Positions 17,871-25,781 are shown, numbered from the stretch's first letter. The stretch: DNA of 33,826 nt from a virus (IMGVR_UViG_2690316318_000017:1-33826); one strand, 5' to 3'. Notes: generated from the letters alone by a model not told the origin. A program made the numbers and translations.

Positions 17871-19529
17871 TTACCATCCTCCTGAACCAAAACGCCCGCC
17901 ACGGTCACGCCCGCTGCTGCGTGGGGTGTGTATCTGAAATTTTGCGCTGCGCGATACCGCCAGCGTCCACAGCATGTGCAGACAGTCCGGGCCATCATCG
18001 TGGTCGGCTTTGGGGTAGTGGCGCAGCTGGTCAATCAGCGTCTGATGTGCCGGACTGATGCGAATCAGGCCGTTGGCCATATGCGGCTGAAGGGATTCGA
18101 TACGCAGCGCTTTATCCTCCAGCGGGATGACCGGCAGTGCCGGAACCGGCACACCCAGCGCCGCCGAACGCTCAACCAGCACGGTACGCAGAAACTCCTG
18201 AAACTGAACGGATTCAAACGACCAGCACAGGCAGTGATATTCACGCTGATACTTAATCACGTCTTCGATAAGTTTATTCGGCAGACGTCGGCGGATATCG
18301 GCTTCAACCACATCCAGAATGCCGGTAAAGCGGTTAAAGCCCCCCACGAGAATGGCCGACGGGTCGCGGTTTTTATTCTTCTTCCCGAGGCTGGGGTCAA
18401 CAGCGCCGTAGAACACCCATTCATCAAGACGGTTAACCCAGAATTTAATGCAGCCCGCAAACAGCGCATCTTCACCGCTGACCGGGTCGTTCTGGTATTC
18501 AGAATCAAAGGTGTCGTGACCATCACGGACACGGATTTTCATCAGCGCCAACAGGGGACGCGCCGCCCATGACACCACCGACCCGGCGAGCATCTCGGCT
18601 TCGTTCTGCCGGTAAAGTGCCTCCGCCGCTTCCGGCTGTTTGTTGCGGATGAGTTCTTCCCACTCGTCCCACAGCTTCATGTTGGCAGGCCACTGAATAA
18701 CAGCCTTAAAGCGGGCTGTTTTCCACATCGGGTTATTGAGTGTGCGCGACAGCACGGAGTCGTAATGCAGAATGGTCCCGATATAAATAATATCGGTTTT
18801 ACCGCCAGCCTCGCCCAGCGGCATCACGGTTTTGGTAAGCCAGTCATGCAGCTTGTCGCGCTGCTCCGGGTTACGCACCATTTCGTCGTTCTCGATATCG
18901 TCGAGGATGACCAGGTCAGGACGGTACGGGCCGTGACGCAGACCACGCAGCTTTTTACCACTACCAGCGACGGTCACCTTGATATTGTTGGCCGTGACGA
19001 TGGTCCCCATACGCCAGACGCGACCCTGCCCGCACACCTCCGGGAAATCGTTTTTTAAACGGGGGTTAAACTCCAGTTCAGCCTTGATGGCTTCCAGCAT
19101 CGGATAAGCCTGGTCGATACTGTCCATAATGATGACCGGGTAATGCTTAATGGCCCGGATAATGGTCCACAGGGTAAACAGCTGAGTCACCAGCGTGGAT
19201 TTTGCTTCACCACGGGGCGCGGCGATGGCGTCGTTCTCCGGGTCCGGGCTTGCCACAACCTGTGGCAGACGGCTGAACAGGTATTTATGCAGCTCGCTTT
19301 TTGCCGGGTTGCGGACGTAGTGCGGGAAATAATTTTCGACAAAATAATCATAGCCCGTCACCGGATCGCAGACTGCCGCCCGGCGGGCCTGTGTGGCCTG
19401 TGGGTTAACATCGAACCCCAGACATTCAGCCTCAATGGTCTGGCGGAGGTTGGCGATGTACTCCTGCAGGCTTCTCTGAAACTCTTTAATGGAAAGTTTA
19501 CGTTTTGCCACGTCACACCTGGTATACAA
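17871..19529 (-). CDS. Terminase large subunit
   Basis: 552 aa ORF upstream of portal; first in-frame ATG is >130 codons in, so the start is probably TTG (19529) or GTG (about 19511). Confidence 0.75.
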   Translation of the reverse strand: MYTRCDVAKRKLSIKEFQRSLQEYIANLRQTIEAECLGFDVNPQATQARRAAVCDPVTGYDYFVENYFPHYVRNPAKSELHKYLFSRLPQVVASPDPENDAIAAPRGEAKSTLVTQLFTLWTIIRAIKHYPVIIMDSIDQAYPMLEAIKAELEFNPRLKNDFPEVCGQGRVWRMGTIVTANNIKVTVAGSGKKLRGLRHGPYRPDLVILDDIENDEMVRNPEQRDKLHDWLTKTVMPLGEAGGKTDIIYIGTILHYDSVLSRTLNNPMWKTARFKAVIQWPANMKLWDEWEELIRNKQPEAAEALYRQNEAEMLAGSVVSWAARPLLALMKIRVRDGHDTFDSEYQNDPVSGEDALFAGCIKFWVNRLDEWVFYGAVDPSLGKKNKNRDPSAILVGGFNRFTGILDVVEADIRRRLPNKLIEDVIKYQREYHCLCWSFESVQFQEFLRTVLVERSAALGVPVPALPVIPLEDKALRIESLQPHMANGLIRISPAHQTLIDQLRHYPKADHDDGPDCLHMLWTLAVSRSAKFQIHTPRSSGRDRGGRFGSGGW

Positions 19530-19537
19530 ATATCAGA

Positions 19538-19557
19538 CGGCCCGGAAAACCGGGCCG
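19538..19557 (-). other. GC-rich hairpin between terminase small and large subunit genes
   Basis: CGGCCCGG-AAAA-CCGGGCCG, perfect 8-bp stem, in the 34-bp gap between the two genes. Confidence 0.4.
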
Positions 19558-19563
19558 CTGTGG

Positions 19564-20067
19564 TTAACTGAAATTATCCTCAAGCTCTTTAGCGAAACCT
19601 TCGAGCACTTCAAGGAACGCGGCATACTGTGCCGGGTGACGCTCCTTGATGAATGCGCCGAGCCGCTGCACCACTTCCAGTGCCGTGGCGAGCCGGTCGG
19701 TTTCCGGCAGGATTTTTTTACTGCTGGCCACCGCCTTACTGAGACTGTCAGACAGACTCGCCAGCAGTTCGACGGACTCCTGCGGCGGGATGTCCGGGTT
19801 CTGGTTCAGCCGTTCAAGCGTCGTCTGACACTTCACCACCAGACTGATAAGCACGGTGCGGGCGACACTTTCCAGCCCGTCACCGGCGAGCGCGTGCGCG
19901 GCCCGCAGCTTGTCCCAGTCGTCGCCGTTTTTCATCGCCTGCGTTTTCCAGCGCCGCGCGGTGTCGTGCGGCACGGCGAACTTCATGGCGACGATATCCA
20001 GCGGAAGCTGGTCAAAGATGTACCCGTTACGGACTTTGTCCCTGATATCCTGTGACCACGCCATCAA
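19564..20067 (-). CDS. Terminase small subunit-like DNA-binding protein (Mu gp27-like)
   Basis: 167 aa ORF immediately upstream of the large subunit. Confidence 0.5.
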   Translation of the reverse strand: MMAWSQDIRDKVRNGYIFDQLPLDIVAMKFAVPHDTARRWKTQAMKNGDDWDKLRAAHALAGDGLESVARTVLISLVVKCQTTLERLNQNPDIPPQESVELLASLSDSLSKAVASSKKILPETDRLATALEVVQRLGAFIKERHPAQYAAFLEVLEGFAKELEDNFS

Positions 20068-20384
20068 ACGCCCTTCCGGGTATCTGAAACCGTTGCGCCA
20101 TCAGGTAGTTCGGTGACTGCAAATACAGGCATTCCGGGATGGCGGACATCCTCAATCATTTCCAGCATGGACTCGCCAAACCATTTCAGCTGTGCTGCCT
20201 TGCGGGCGTCCTGGTAATAAACCAGATAGCGGTTTTCACCATCTGCATACTGGGTACGGGCTTTAATTTCCCCGCATTCTCCGCTGACGTGCAAAGCCAC
20301 AACCTGCGTCAGTCCGAACTTAAAGGGACGCCCGGGAACAGCGGCTTCCACCAGTGCAATCGCGGTGTTTTCTTTTTGTTTCAT
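20064..20384 (-). CDS. Hypothetical protein (Mu gp26 position)
   Basis: 106 aa ORF between the lysis cassette and terminase. Confidence 0.3.
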   Translation of the reverse strand: MKQKENTAIALVEAAVPGRPFKFGLTQVVALHVSGECGEIKARTQYADGENRYLVYYQDARKAAQLKWFGESMLEMIEDVRHPGMPVFAVTELPDGATVSDTRKGV

Positions 20385-20404
20385 CTGTCCAAAACCTTAA
20401 AAAA

Positions 20405-20587
20405 TCAGTTCTGCGAACACTGCCGGATACCGTCAATAATCCGGCAGACCTGCGCCGCCGCGTCAAACAGCTGGCCCGCTCTGTTAATGTCTGTGCATCC
20501 CACCGGAAGCAACATCACCAGAAACAGAGTCAGAACACAGCGCGCGGCTTTACGTGGCGTCCTGTGGGTCCAGTGCTGACGCGTCAT
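20405..20587 (-). CDS. Small lipoprotein, candidate outer-membrane spanin component
   Basis: 60 aa; basic N-terminus, hydrophobic stretch and Cys in lipobox-like context (LLPVGC); start overlaps the endolysin stop. Confidence 0.35.
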   Translation of the reverse strand: MTRQHWTHRTPRKAARCVLTLFLVMLLPVGCTDINRAGQLFDAAAQVCRIIDGIRQCSQN

Positions 20588-21129
20588 ACCGCCACGCGCT
20601 CCTTCAGCCAGCCATAAACAAACGATTCGTTAGCCTCGCGTTTCTCCGCCAGTTCCAGATAGCGGTCCCCCTGCGTACAGTTCAGGGCCGTCAGCATCAC
20701 CCGTTCACAGTCCTGACCGCGATTATTCAGGAAGGCGCGCAATGCACTGATGGTACGAGGCCCGATGCGTCCGTCTGCGTCCATATCCGGGTACAGCCTG
20801 CCGCGCAGATTGAACACATTCAGCCAGCGCTGAAGCATTCTGGACGCCACGGTTGGCCCCATATTCACACCGGTATCACACAGCTCTGCGGCAATATCAG
20901 GGGATAATGCGGCGACCTGGTCAAATCGCGGGCCATACCAGTAATCGGCTTCAAGGATGTCCAGCGCCTGTTCGCGGGTTAAATCGCGCATATCGCCACG
21001 GTATCCGTGGGCGCGGGCAACTTTTTCCGTAATGCCCCATTTGGTTGGACCGCCCTTATCATCCGGGTGATTGACATAACCGCCTTCTTTGCCCAGGACT
21101 TCATCAAAAATTTTATCTTTTGATTTCAT
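20584..21129 (-). CDS. Endolysin, GH108-type muramidase with PG_binding_3-like C-terminal domain
   Basis: N-terminal motif GKEGGYVNHPDDKGGPTKWGIT matches the GH108 signature; no N-terminal transmembrane/SAR segment. Confidence 0.75.
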   Translation of the reverse strand: MKSKDKIFDEVLGKEGGYVNHPDDKGGPTKWGITEKVARAHGYRGDMRDLTREQALDILEADYWYGPRFDQVAALSPDIAAELCDTGVNMGPTVASRMLQRWLNVFNLRGRLYPDMDADGRIGPRTISALRAFLNNRGQDCERVMLTALNCTQGDRYLELAEKREANESFVYGWLKERVAV

Positions 21130-21415
21130 GTGGATGCCTCAGTAACGAAAGGATTTTTGACAAATTCCCGTGCGCCCACACGATAAGCGCACAGAAAACC
21201 AGATTCAGCGCCACAACCAGCCAGCTTGAGTGCGTGTATGTACCGGACAGCCAGCGGAACGGGATGATGATGTATCCGAGCATCAGCCAGTACGCCAGCC
21301 AGGTAATCATCGGTTTATGCGCCGCACCGTGGCGGCGATACACAAACAACCCCAATACAATGGCGAGACACAGCCAGACGTTCACGATACCGGCAAGGCT
21401 ACTTTCCATTTCCAC
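21113..21415 (-). CDS. Holin-like membrane protein (three predicted TM segments)
   Basis: 100 aa with three hydrophobic stretches; overlaps endolysin start by 17 nt. Confidence 0.45.
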   Translation of the reverse strand: MEMESSLAGIVNVWLCLAIVLGLFVYRRHGAAHKPMITWLAYWLMLGYIIIPFRWLSGTYTHSSWLVVALNLVFCALIVWAHGNLSKILSLLRHPHEIKR

Positions 21416-21851
21416 CCCCTCCGCCGCGCAGTCTGGAAAACAGGCCGAACAGCGATGAAATTTCCTGTTGATAAAGAAAGGTCAGTATCTTGATGGATAA
21501 CGCCGAGACACCGACCGCACACAATGCATCGAGCGGTTTGTCGTTGTAGTGGGTCAGCCACTGCATCAGTGACGCAGCCACGCCAGCCCCCAGAACGCCA
21601 ACCACAAACGCGACGAGCAGGTGAATAGCCATTCGCCAGACCGGGATTTCTTTTTGCTGCGTGACAACAAAAAGCGCCCCGGCAAACGCGCCCACCACGA
21701 CTCCGAAATCGGTATTGGTGAGAAGACCAAACACACTGGCACCACCGATGGTGACTGCCACAGCTCCGCCGCCTGATAAGGGTTCAGACATGAGTTTCTC
21801 CTGTAAATCTGAGCCACTGACGGCCCGTAAATAACACCCTGTCAAAGGCAC
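21399..21851 (-). CDS. Holin/antiholin-like multi-pass membrane protein
   Basis: Gly/Ala/Val-rich hydrophobic protein; listed start is GTG, likely true start is the internal MSEPLSGGG ATG about 60 nt downstream; first gene after the conserved upstream motif. Confidence 0.4.
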   Translation of the reverse strand: MPLTGCYLRAVSGSDLQEKLMSEPLSGGGAVAVTIGGASVFGLLTNTDFGVVVGAFAGALFVVTQQKEIPVWRMAIHLLVAFVVGVLGAGVAASLMQWLTHYNDKPLDALCAVGVSALSIKILTFLYQQEISSLFGLFSRLRGGGGGNGK

Positions 21852-21933
21852 AAAAGCCTTTTGCAGGGCGCTATCCCTTAAGGTGCCTTGTGGTCTGAGT
21901 GGACAGGGTAAACGGTCTGGTGTGGTGGGTACT

Positions 21934-21954
21934 GCTGGGGGTGTTCAGCACCCC
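21934..21954 (-). promoter_or_regulatory. Conserved dyad motif copy 3 (candidate late promoter/activator site upstream of lysis cassette)
   Basis: Plus-strand GGGTACTGCTGGGGGTGTTCAGCACCCC; 25/27 identical to the copy at about 14391-14417. Confidence 0.45.
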
Positions 21955-21973
21955 GCGGCGGCGGGGTGATAAA

Positions 21974-22252
21974 TCAGAAGCGGGAAAGGGAATCAGGCGT
22001 AATAAGAGGTTTATTACAAAGCGGAGCAGAGGCGTTCGCCTTTTCCATCGCTGCGCGCATCTCGTTTTCGCTGGCGATGATGTCAGCAATGGCACACTGC
22101 AACGCTTCTTCCTGAACAACCATATCCGGTTGTTCAGCCATTCGGTTTAGCTGGCTGGCCAGATTTTTCATATAAGCGAAGCGGCGTCCGGCAGCATCCC
22201 GGGCCTGCTCTGAGTAGGCCGTATACTCGCCAAGTGCCGTATAGTTGGTCAT
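21974..22252 (-). CDS. Hypothetical protein
   Basis: 92 aa ORF with AGGAG Shine-Dalgarno, located between the Mor/C-like gene terminator and the lysis-cassette motif. Confidence 0.35.
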   Translation of the reverse strand: MTNYTALGEYTAYSEQARDAAGRRFAYMKNLASQLNRMAEQPDMVVQEEALQCAIADIIASENEMRAAMEKANASAPLCNKPLITPDSLSRF

Positions 22253-22276
22253 AAGTGTCTCCTTTTTTGAGGCCCA

Positions 22277-22744
22277 TTAATCAAAAAGCCCCACCAGGGT
22301 GGGGCTTTTCAGCGAAGTCTGTTTTTGTCGTCGGTGTATCAGCTGCCATGCATACCGGTCTGAAATGCCGTAACGGGGACAGAGCAGTGCCAGCGCCTGC
22401 CGGTGTGAGCATCCGTCTTTTACATGCTGCTGTAAATCAGCCATAAAACGGGTGTTACGCAGGGCACGTAACGCATGATCGCAACGGGGAATGTAAAACG
22501 GAGCACCGCCAAGAAAGCGGATCAGTTTGTTGATTTCGTCTTCGGTCAGCACATCATGTAACAGGGCATGGACACCGCCGGTTCGTTCGGCGTGTGCGCC
22601 GGTTTTACCGCTTAACGTCACGCCACCAAAAGAACGGATTAACCGGGTCAGAGCGGGGAAGCCAATCACGCTAATCAGTTGCTGCACGGAATCAGGCAAC
22701 AGTGCCTGCGCATCGCGAAGATCTGTTTCACTGAAGGTCTGCAT
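22277..22744 (-). CDS. Mor/C-family transcriptional activator of middle/late genes
   Basis: 155 aa; C-terminal pattern LGGAPFYIPRCDHALRALRNTRFMADL...RYGISDRYAWQLIHRRQ matches the Mor/C signature (G..YIP plus HTH). Confidence 0.7.
   Translation of the reverse strand: MQTFSETDLRDAQALLPDSVQQLISVIGFPALTRLIRSFGGVTLSGKTGAHAERTGGVHALLHDVLTEDEINKLIRFLGGAPFYIPRCDHALRALRNTRFMADLQQHVKDGCSHRQALALLCPRYGISDRYAWQLIHRRQKQTSLKSPTLVGLFD
22280..22312 (-). terminator. Rho-independent terminator after the Mor/C-like gene
   Basis: Minus-strand hairpin AAAAGCCCCACC-CUGG-UGGGGCUUUUU followed by a U-run; overlaps the last codons of the upstream gene. Confidence 0.6.
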
Positions 22745-22800
22745 GATGGCGTCTCCGGTAGTAACTTACTGTTATTATAGCCATACATGATCGGCTGTAC
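22745..22800 (-). promoter_or_regulatory. Putative promoter of the Mor/C-like gene (perfect -10, weak -35)
   Basis: Minus-strand TATAAT at about 22774-22779 (preceded by TGGC), about 30 nt upstream of the ATG; no good -35, consistent with an activator-dependent promoter. Confidence 0.4.
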
Positions 22801-22804
22801 AGGG

Positions 22805-22832
22805 CATAAAAAAGCCCCTGCAAGGCAGGGGC
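22805..22832 (-). terminator. Rho-independent terminator ending the early operon
   Basis: Minus-strand GCCCCUGCCUUGCAGGGGC (8-bp stem, 4-nt loop) followed directly by UUUUUU, just after the GemA-like stop. Confidence 0.65.
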
Positions 22833-22839
22833 TGATTCT

Positions 22840-23379
22840 TTATTGTTTACGTGCTGCTCTGGCTCGTTTTCTGGCGTCTTTTGTCAGCGCCACCATCACC
22901 CCGAACAGTTGATCATCTGTCAGCCATTCGATCACATGTTGCTTATACATGTGAGATGCCAGTCCTTCCGCATACGTCCAGGAACGACCGGCATCAGCCA
23001 GCAACGCTTCAATTTTGGATAATACTGATTTTCTGCTCATTGCAACACGGGGGCGGCGACCTTTACCGGCGGGTGCCTTGCGCGGAAATCCCTGTTCGTG
23101 CATGTATTCCCGGATGATGCGCAGTTCATCGAGATTGCAGCGTGTGGTGCTGGTTTTACCGGTCAGACGGGCCAGCGTCTGGCGATAAAGGGCATCATCC
23201 CACCCCAGATACGCCTGACCGGCTTTAATGGCTCCGATCATCTTTTTCAGCATGTTTGTTATCCTCAAAACGCACGGTAAAACGTGAAACGCCAATCCCT
23301 GACAGAAACGCGGCGGCACGGTCAAGAGACAGCCACGTCTTGTAATCGCCACGGCGTTCCTGTAGAAAATAGGACACAC
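22840..23379 (-). CDS. GemA-like early regulatory protein (Mu gp16-like)
   Basis: Pattern IKAGQAYLGWDDALYRQTLARLTGKTSTT...ELR.I.EYMHEQGF resembles the GemA family; true start probably the internal MLKKMIG ATG near 23253. Confidence 0.4.
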   Translation of the reverse strand: MCPIFYRNAVAITRRGCLLTVPPRFCQGLAFHVLPCVLRITNMLKKMIGAIKAGQAYLGWDDALYRQTLARLTGKTSTTRCNLDELRIIREYMHEQGFPRKAPAGKGRRPRVAMSRKSVLSKIEALLADAGRSWTYAEGLASHMYKQHVIEWLTDDQLFGVMVALTKDARKRARAARKQ

Positions 23380-23539
23380 CAGCGCGGCGATTCACAGCGA
23401 ATAGATGATACACACCACCGAACCGCTGCACGACGAACTCATCCACGCCACCGCTTTCAGCCTGCTGCCTGAAGGCAGCTATTCCGATTTGTTCAATCTT
23501 CATAATGACCAAAACACTACTTTTGGCAGACCAAAACAT
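23225..23539 (-). CDS. Hypothetical early protein
   Basis: 104 aa ORF (likely shorter, from MKIEQIG) upstream of the GemA-like gene. Confidence 0.25.
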   Translation of the reverse strand: MFWSAKSSVLVIMKIEQIGIAAFRQQAESGGVDEFVVQRFGGVYHLFAVNRRAGVSYFLQERRGDYKTWLSLDRAAAFLSGIGVSRFTVRFEDNKHAEKDDRSH

Positions 23540-23583
23540 ATGTTTTGGTCTGTGCTTGATTGTTATTTGCTCAATGTGGTGGG

Positions 23584-23841
23584 TTATTTATCACCATCAC
23601 TGAGCGTCACTTCATGACAGGATGGTGTGCCATCTTTCCCGGCAGAGCAGTATATAAACTTATCTCCGTTGGTCATGGTGGCGCTTCCATCATCACAATG
23701 CGTAATAGTTTTGATGAAACCTCTCTTTACCACGCAATGCCTACCCGTATCACCAGGAACATCAGGATCCTTGTCCGTTGTAAAGCAAAGCGCAATAACC
23801 ATAATAATCAGAGCGATAATAAAAAGGTCGGTCCATCTCAT
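23584..23841 (-). CDS. Small membrane-anchored Cys-containing protein
   Basis: 85 aa; N-terminal hydrophobic anchor (LFIIALIIMVIALCF) then a hydrophilic domain with four Cys. Confidence 0.35.
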   Translation of the reverse strand: MRWTDLFIIALIIMVIALCFTTDKDPDVPGDTGRHCVVKRGFIKTITHCDDGSATMTNGDKFIYCSAGKDGTPSCHEVTLSDGDK

Positions 23842-24077
23842 AAAACACCCCGCGCAGCCATAAAACCAAAGACATATGACACAATTGATGCAGTGATAAG
23901 GATTAATGACCTTTTAAACTGACTTTTTTCTTCGCCACAGTTCATCCAGTTAAGGCATCCAAGTAATACGCCGTATAAAATTTCCATCATCTTCAGCCTG
24001 TTACTCCGTGATTTTTCCAGCGGTTTTGCGCCGCGCTGGGCTTTTTGCAACAGCTGTGCAACATCACCCCGCAACAC
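23838..24077 (-). CDS. Small membrane protein
   Basis: 79 aa with C-terminal hydrophobic segment (SLILITASIVSYVFGFMAA). Confidence 0.3.
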   Translation of the reverse strand: MLRGDVAQLLQKAQRGAKPLEKSRSNRLKMMEILYGVLLGCLNWMNCGEEKSQFKRSLILITASIVSYVFGFMAARGVL

Positions 24078-24344
24078 CCCGTCAACCTCACTCGTCTGTT
24101 ACTAATCCTCAACCATCGCCAGACCCCAACACCGTTTCTGCGAGCTAACAGAATTTTTGCTTTACGGTTTTTCATCGTTTTGCTCTCCTGCGTTTCTTTG
24201 CTGCACGTCGTGCAGCTGCAATACCGGTATGGCGCCTTGGTGCCGGGATGATGTTGCCTGCCATCAGGACATGCGGCTTTGAAATTAGCGCAGAAGCCCA
24301 AAAACGAGTCGGGTATGGTAATAAACCGATAAATGCAACACGCA

Positions 24345-24863
24345 TTACGCACCTCCTATCCCCTGAAGCATGACCGCGCGGCAGGCTTCATCAACCATAG
24401 CTTCTACGTTTTCGAGAAGTACGTAGCTGTACTGCTGCCCACTAACCCATTCTTTTCTGCGAGGTAATGCGCGTGGGTCCGCTACAATGGCTCGCAAACG
24501 TTCCAGAGCAGCTGGTACTGCTGACACTGGAGGGGCAGCATAAAGCTCATGCCTTCCATCAGGCAGCGAGTGACCCACATACTCACCGACCCCGTCAATA
24601 CACATTTCCCCATCTTCAACAATGCATGATGCTACTGGCAAAGCCACCTCCCGTGCCTCCAGTTCTTCTGCCCACTTCCGAAGCACTTCAATCTCACCAT
24701 TACGAGTTATCAGGTCACGACACATTCTTTCGTTTTCATCCAACAGCGCCTGCACAACCTCCGGCGTAGCCGCAGCACGAAAAGCCTGTAGGCTCTGCCA
24801 CGTCGTATCCCCCTTCGCGGCCTCTGCCACCTCACGCAGTGCCTGATAATTAATCTCGCTCAC
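24345..24863 (-). CDS. Hypothetical early protein (possibly Ead/Ea22-like)
   Basis: 172 aa; N-terminus MSEINYQALREVAEAAKGDTTW resembles prophage Ead/Ea22-type N-termini. Confidence 0.3.
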   Translation of the reverse strand: MSEINYQALREVAEAAKGDTTWQSLQAFRAAATPEVVQALLDENERMCRDLITRNGEIEVLRKWAEELEAREVALPVASCIVEDGEMCIDGVGEYVGHSLPDGRHELYAAPPVSAVPAALERLRAIVADPRALPRRKEWVSGQQYSYVLLENVEAMVDEACRAVMLQGIGGA

Positions 24864-25179
24864 TGGCTGCCTCCTTTTTCCATGTTTTCAGACTTTCACC
24901 ACAGAACGGGCAAAATGAAACTCGAATTGGTGATTTAGAAAACTCACCGGAACGCAACATCACCAAATCAGGTCCACGGGTTAAACTCTCATTCCAGATT
25001 TTGTATAGCAGTAAGCCTTTTCTTACTGAGCATTCAGCATCACGCTCAAGAGACTTTGCCAATGCAGCACACGGCTCTATTCGATTGCCATTAATTCGAC
25101 AATTTGATCCACTCACTTCAACTCCTCCCGACGACGTTCCTGAAGTTCCAGCATTGCGGCCCGGAAATCCTGCCACCAT
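24850..25179 (-). CDS. Small protein with putative zinc ribbon (start uncertain)
   Basis: Cys pairs C-x9-C and CPFCGES near the C-terminus; overlaps the upstream ORF so the real start is probably internal. Confidence 0.25.
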   Translation of the reverse strand: MVAGFPGRNAGTSGTSSGGVEVSGSNCRINGNRIEPCAALAKSLERDAECSVRKGLLLYKIWNESLTRGPDLVMLRSGEFSKSPIRVSFCPFCGESLKTWKKEAASERD

Positions 25180-25295
25180 TCCTCATCGGCAACCGGGGTG
25201 TTCCGCTCCAGCACCTTGTCCGCATCGGCAATCAGTCTGGTCAGACTCTTATCGCTTATTCTGGTTTGCTGACTCACTGGTTTCCTCCTGTTCAT
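25113..25295 (-). CDS. Hypothetical small protein
   Basis: 60 aa charged ORF in the early gene string; overlaps the downstream ORF, so uncertain. Confidence 0.2.
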   Translation of the reverse strand: MNRRKPVSQQTRISDKSLTRLIADADKVLERNTPVADEEWWQDFRAAMLELQERRREELK

Positions 25296-25561
25296 TTTTC
25301 ATTCCGGTACACAAGAATTACGATATCTCCCCAGGTAATTACGCGTGCCGGGTCGCCCTGTTGCATATAGTCAATATCAAAAGCGTCATTAAACGCATTT
25401 AGTGCCTTCACGCGCTTGTCTTTGCAGCGACGTTTTTCACATTGTTTAAAGACCGAAGAAATCAACCACCTGAATGACATAAAAGTGATATAGCCATAAC
25501 CGATAAGCGCCAGACCTGTATTCATGGCTACATCTATCGTTATCGTTTTATCAATGACCAT
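25292..25561 (-). CDS. Hypothetical small membrane protein
   Basis: 89 aa with one hydrophobic segment (GLALIGYGYITFMSF); 4-nt overlap with neighbour. Confidence 0.3.
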   Translation of the reverse strand: MVIDKTITIDVAMNTGLALIGYGYITFMSFRWLISSVFKQCEKRRCKDKRVKALNAFNDAFDIDYMQQGDPARVITWGDIVILVYRNEK

Positions 25562-25781
25562 TGCCAGCCTCCTGTTTTGCCACTTTAAACGCCCGTAACA
25601 TCGGAACCGTTTTACCGGTGATGACGGTTCTCATTAAAAGACCGCCACCGCTCTCATGGTGCACTTCAGGGGCTACAAACAGCGCCGCATCCACAACCCG
25701 GCAATAGCGGCGGAACTCCCAGAACCAGCATGTAACAATGATTTTTGCGGTGACTCCGTAGTCATAAAATTCAATATTCAT
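25551..25781 (-). CDS. Hypothetical small protein
   Basis: 76 aa ORF with start/stop overlaps to both neighbours. Confidence 0.25.
   Translation of the reverse strand: MNIEFYDYGVTAKIIVTCWFWEFRRYCRVVDAALFVAPEVHHESGGGLLMRTVITGKTVPMLRAFKVAKQEAGNGH

Noticed and set aside
21951-21966. GC-rich hairpin CCCCGC-GGCG-GCGGGG as an intrinsic terminator
   Set aside because: No U-run follows on either strand; it directly abuts the conserved late motif and is more likely part of that regulatory element.
22277-22744. Assigning this gene specifically as mor or as C
   Set aside because: The Mor/C family signature is clear, but with only one family member recognisable and no homology search I cannot decide which Mu ortholog it is; reported at family level only.
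23993-24352. 119 aa minus-strand ORF as a protein-coding gene
   Set aside because: Cys/Arg-rich low-complexity translation overlapping the more plausible membrane-protein ORF 23838-24077; the region is treated as mostly non-coding with a possible short ORF.
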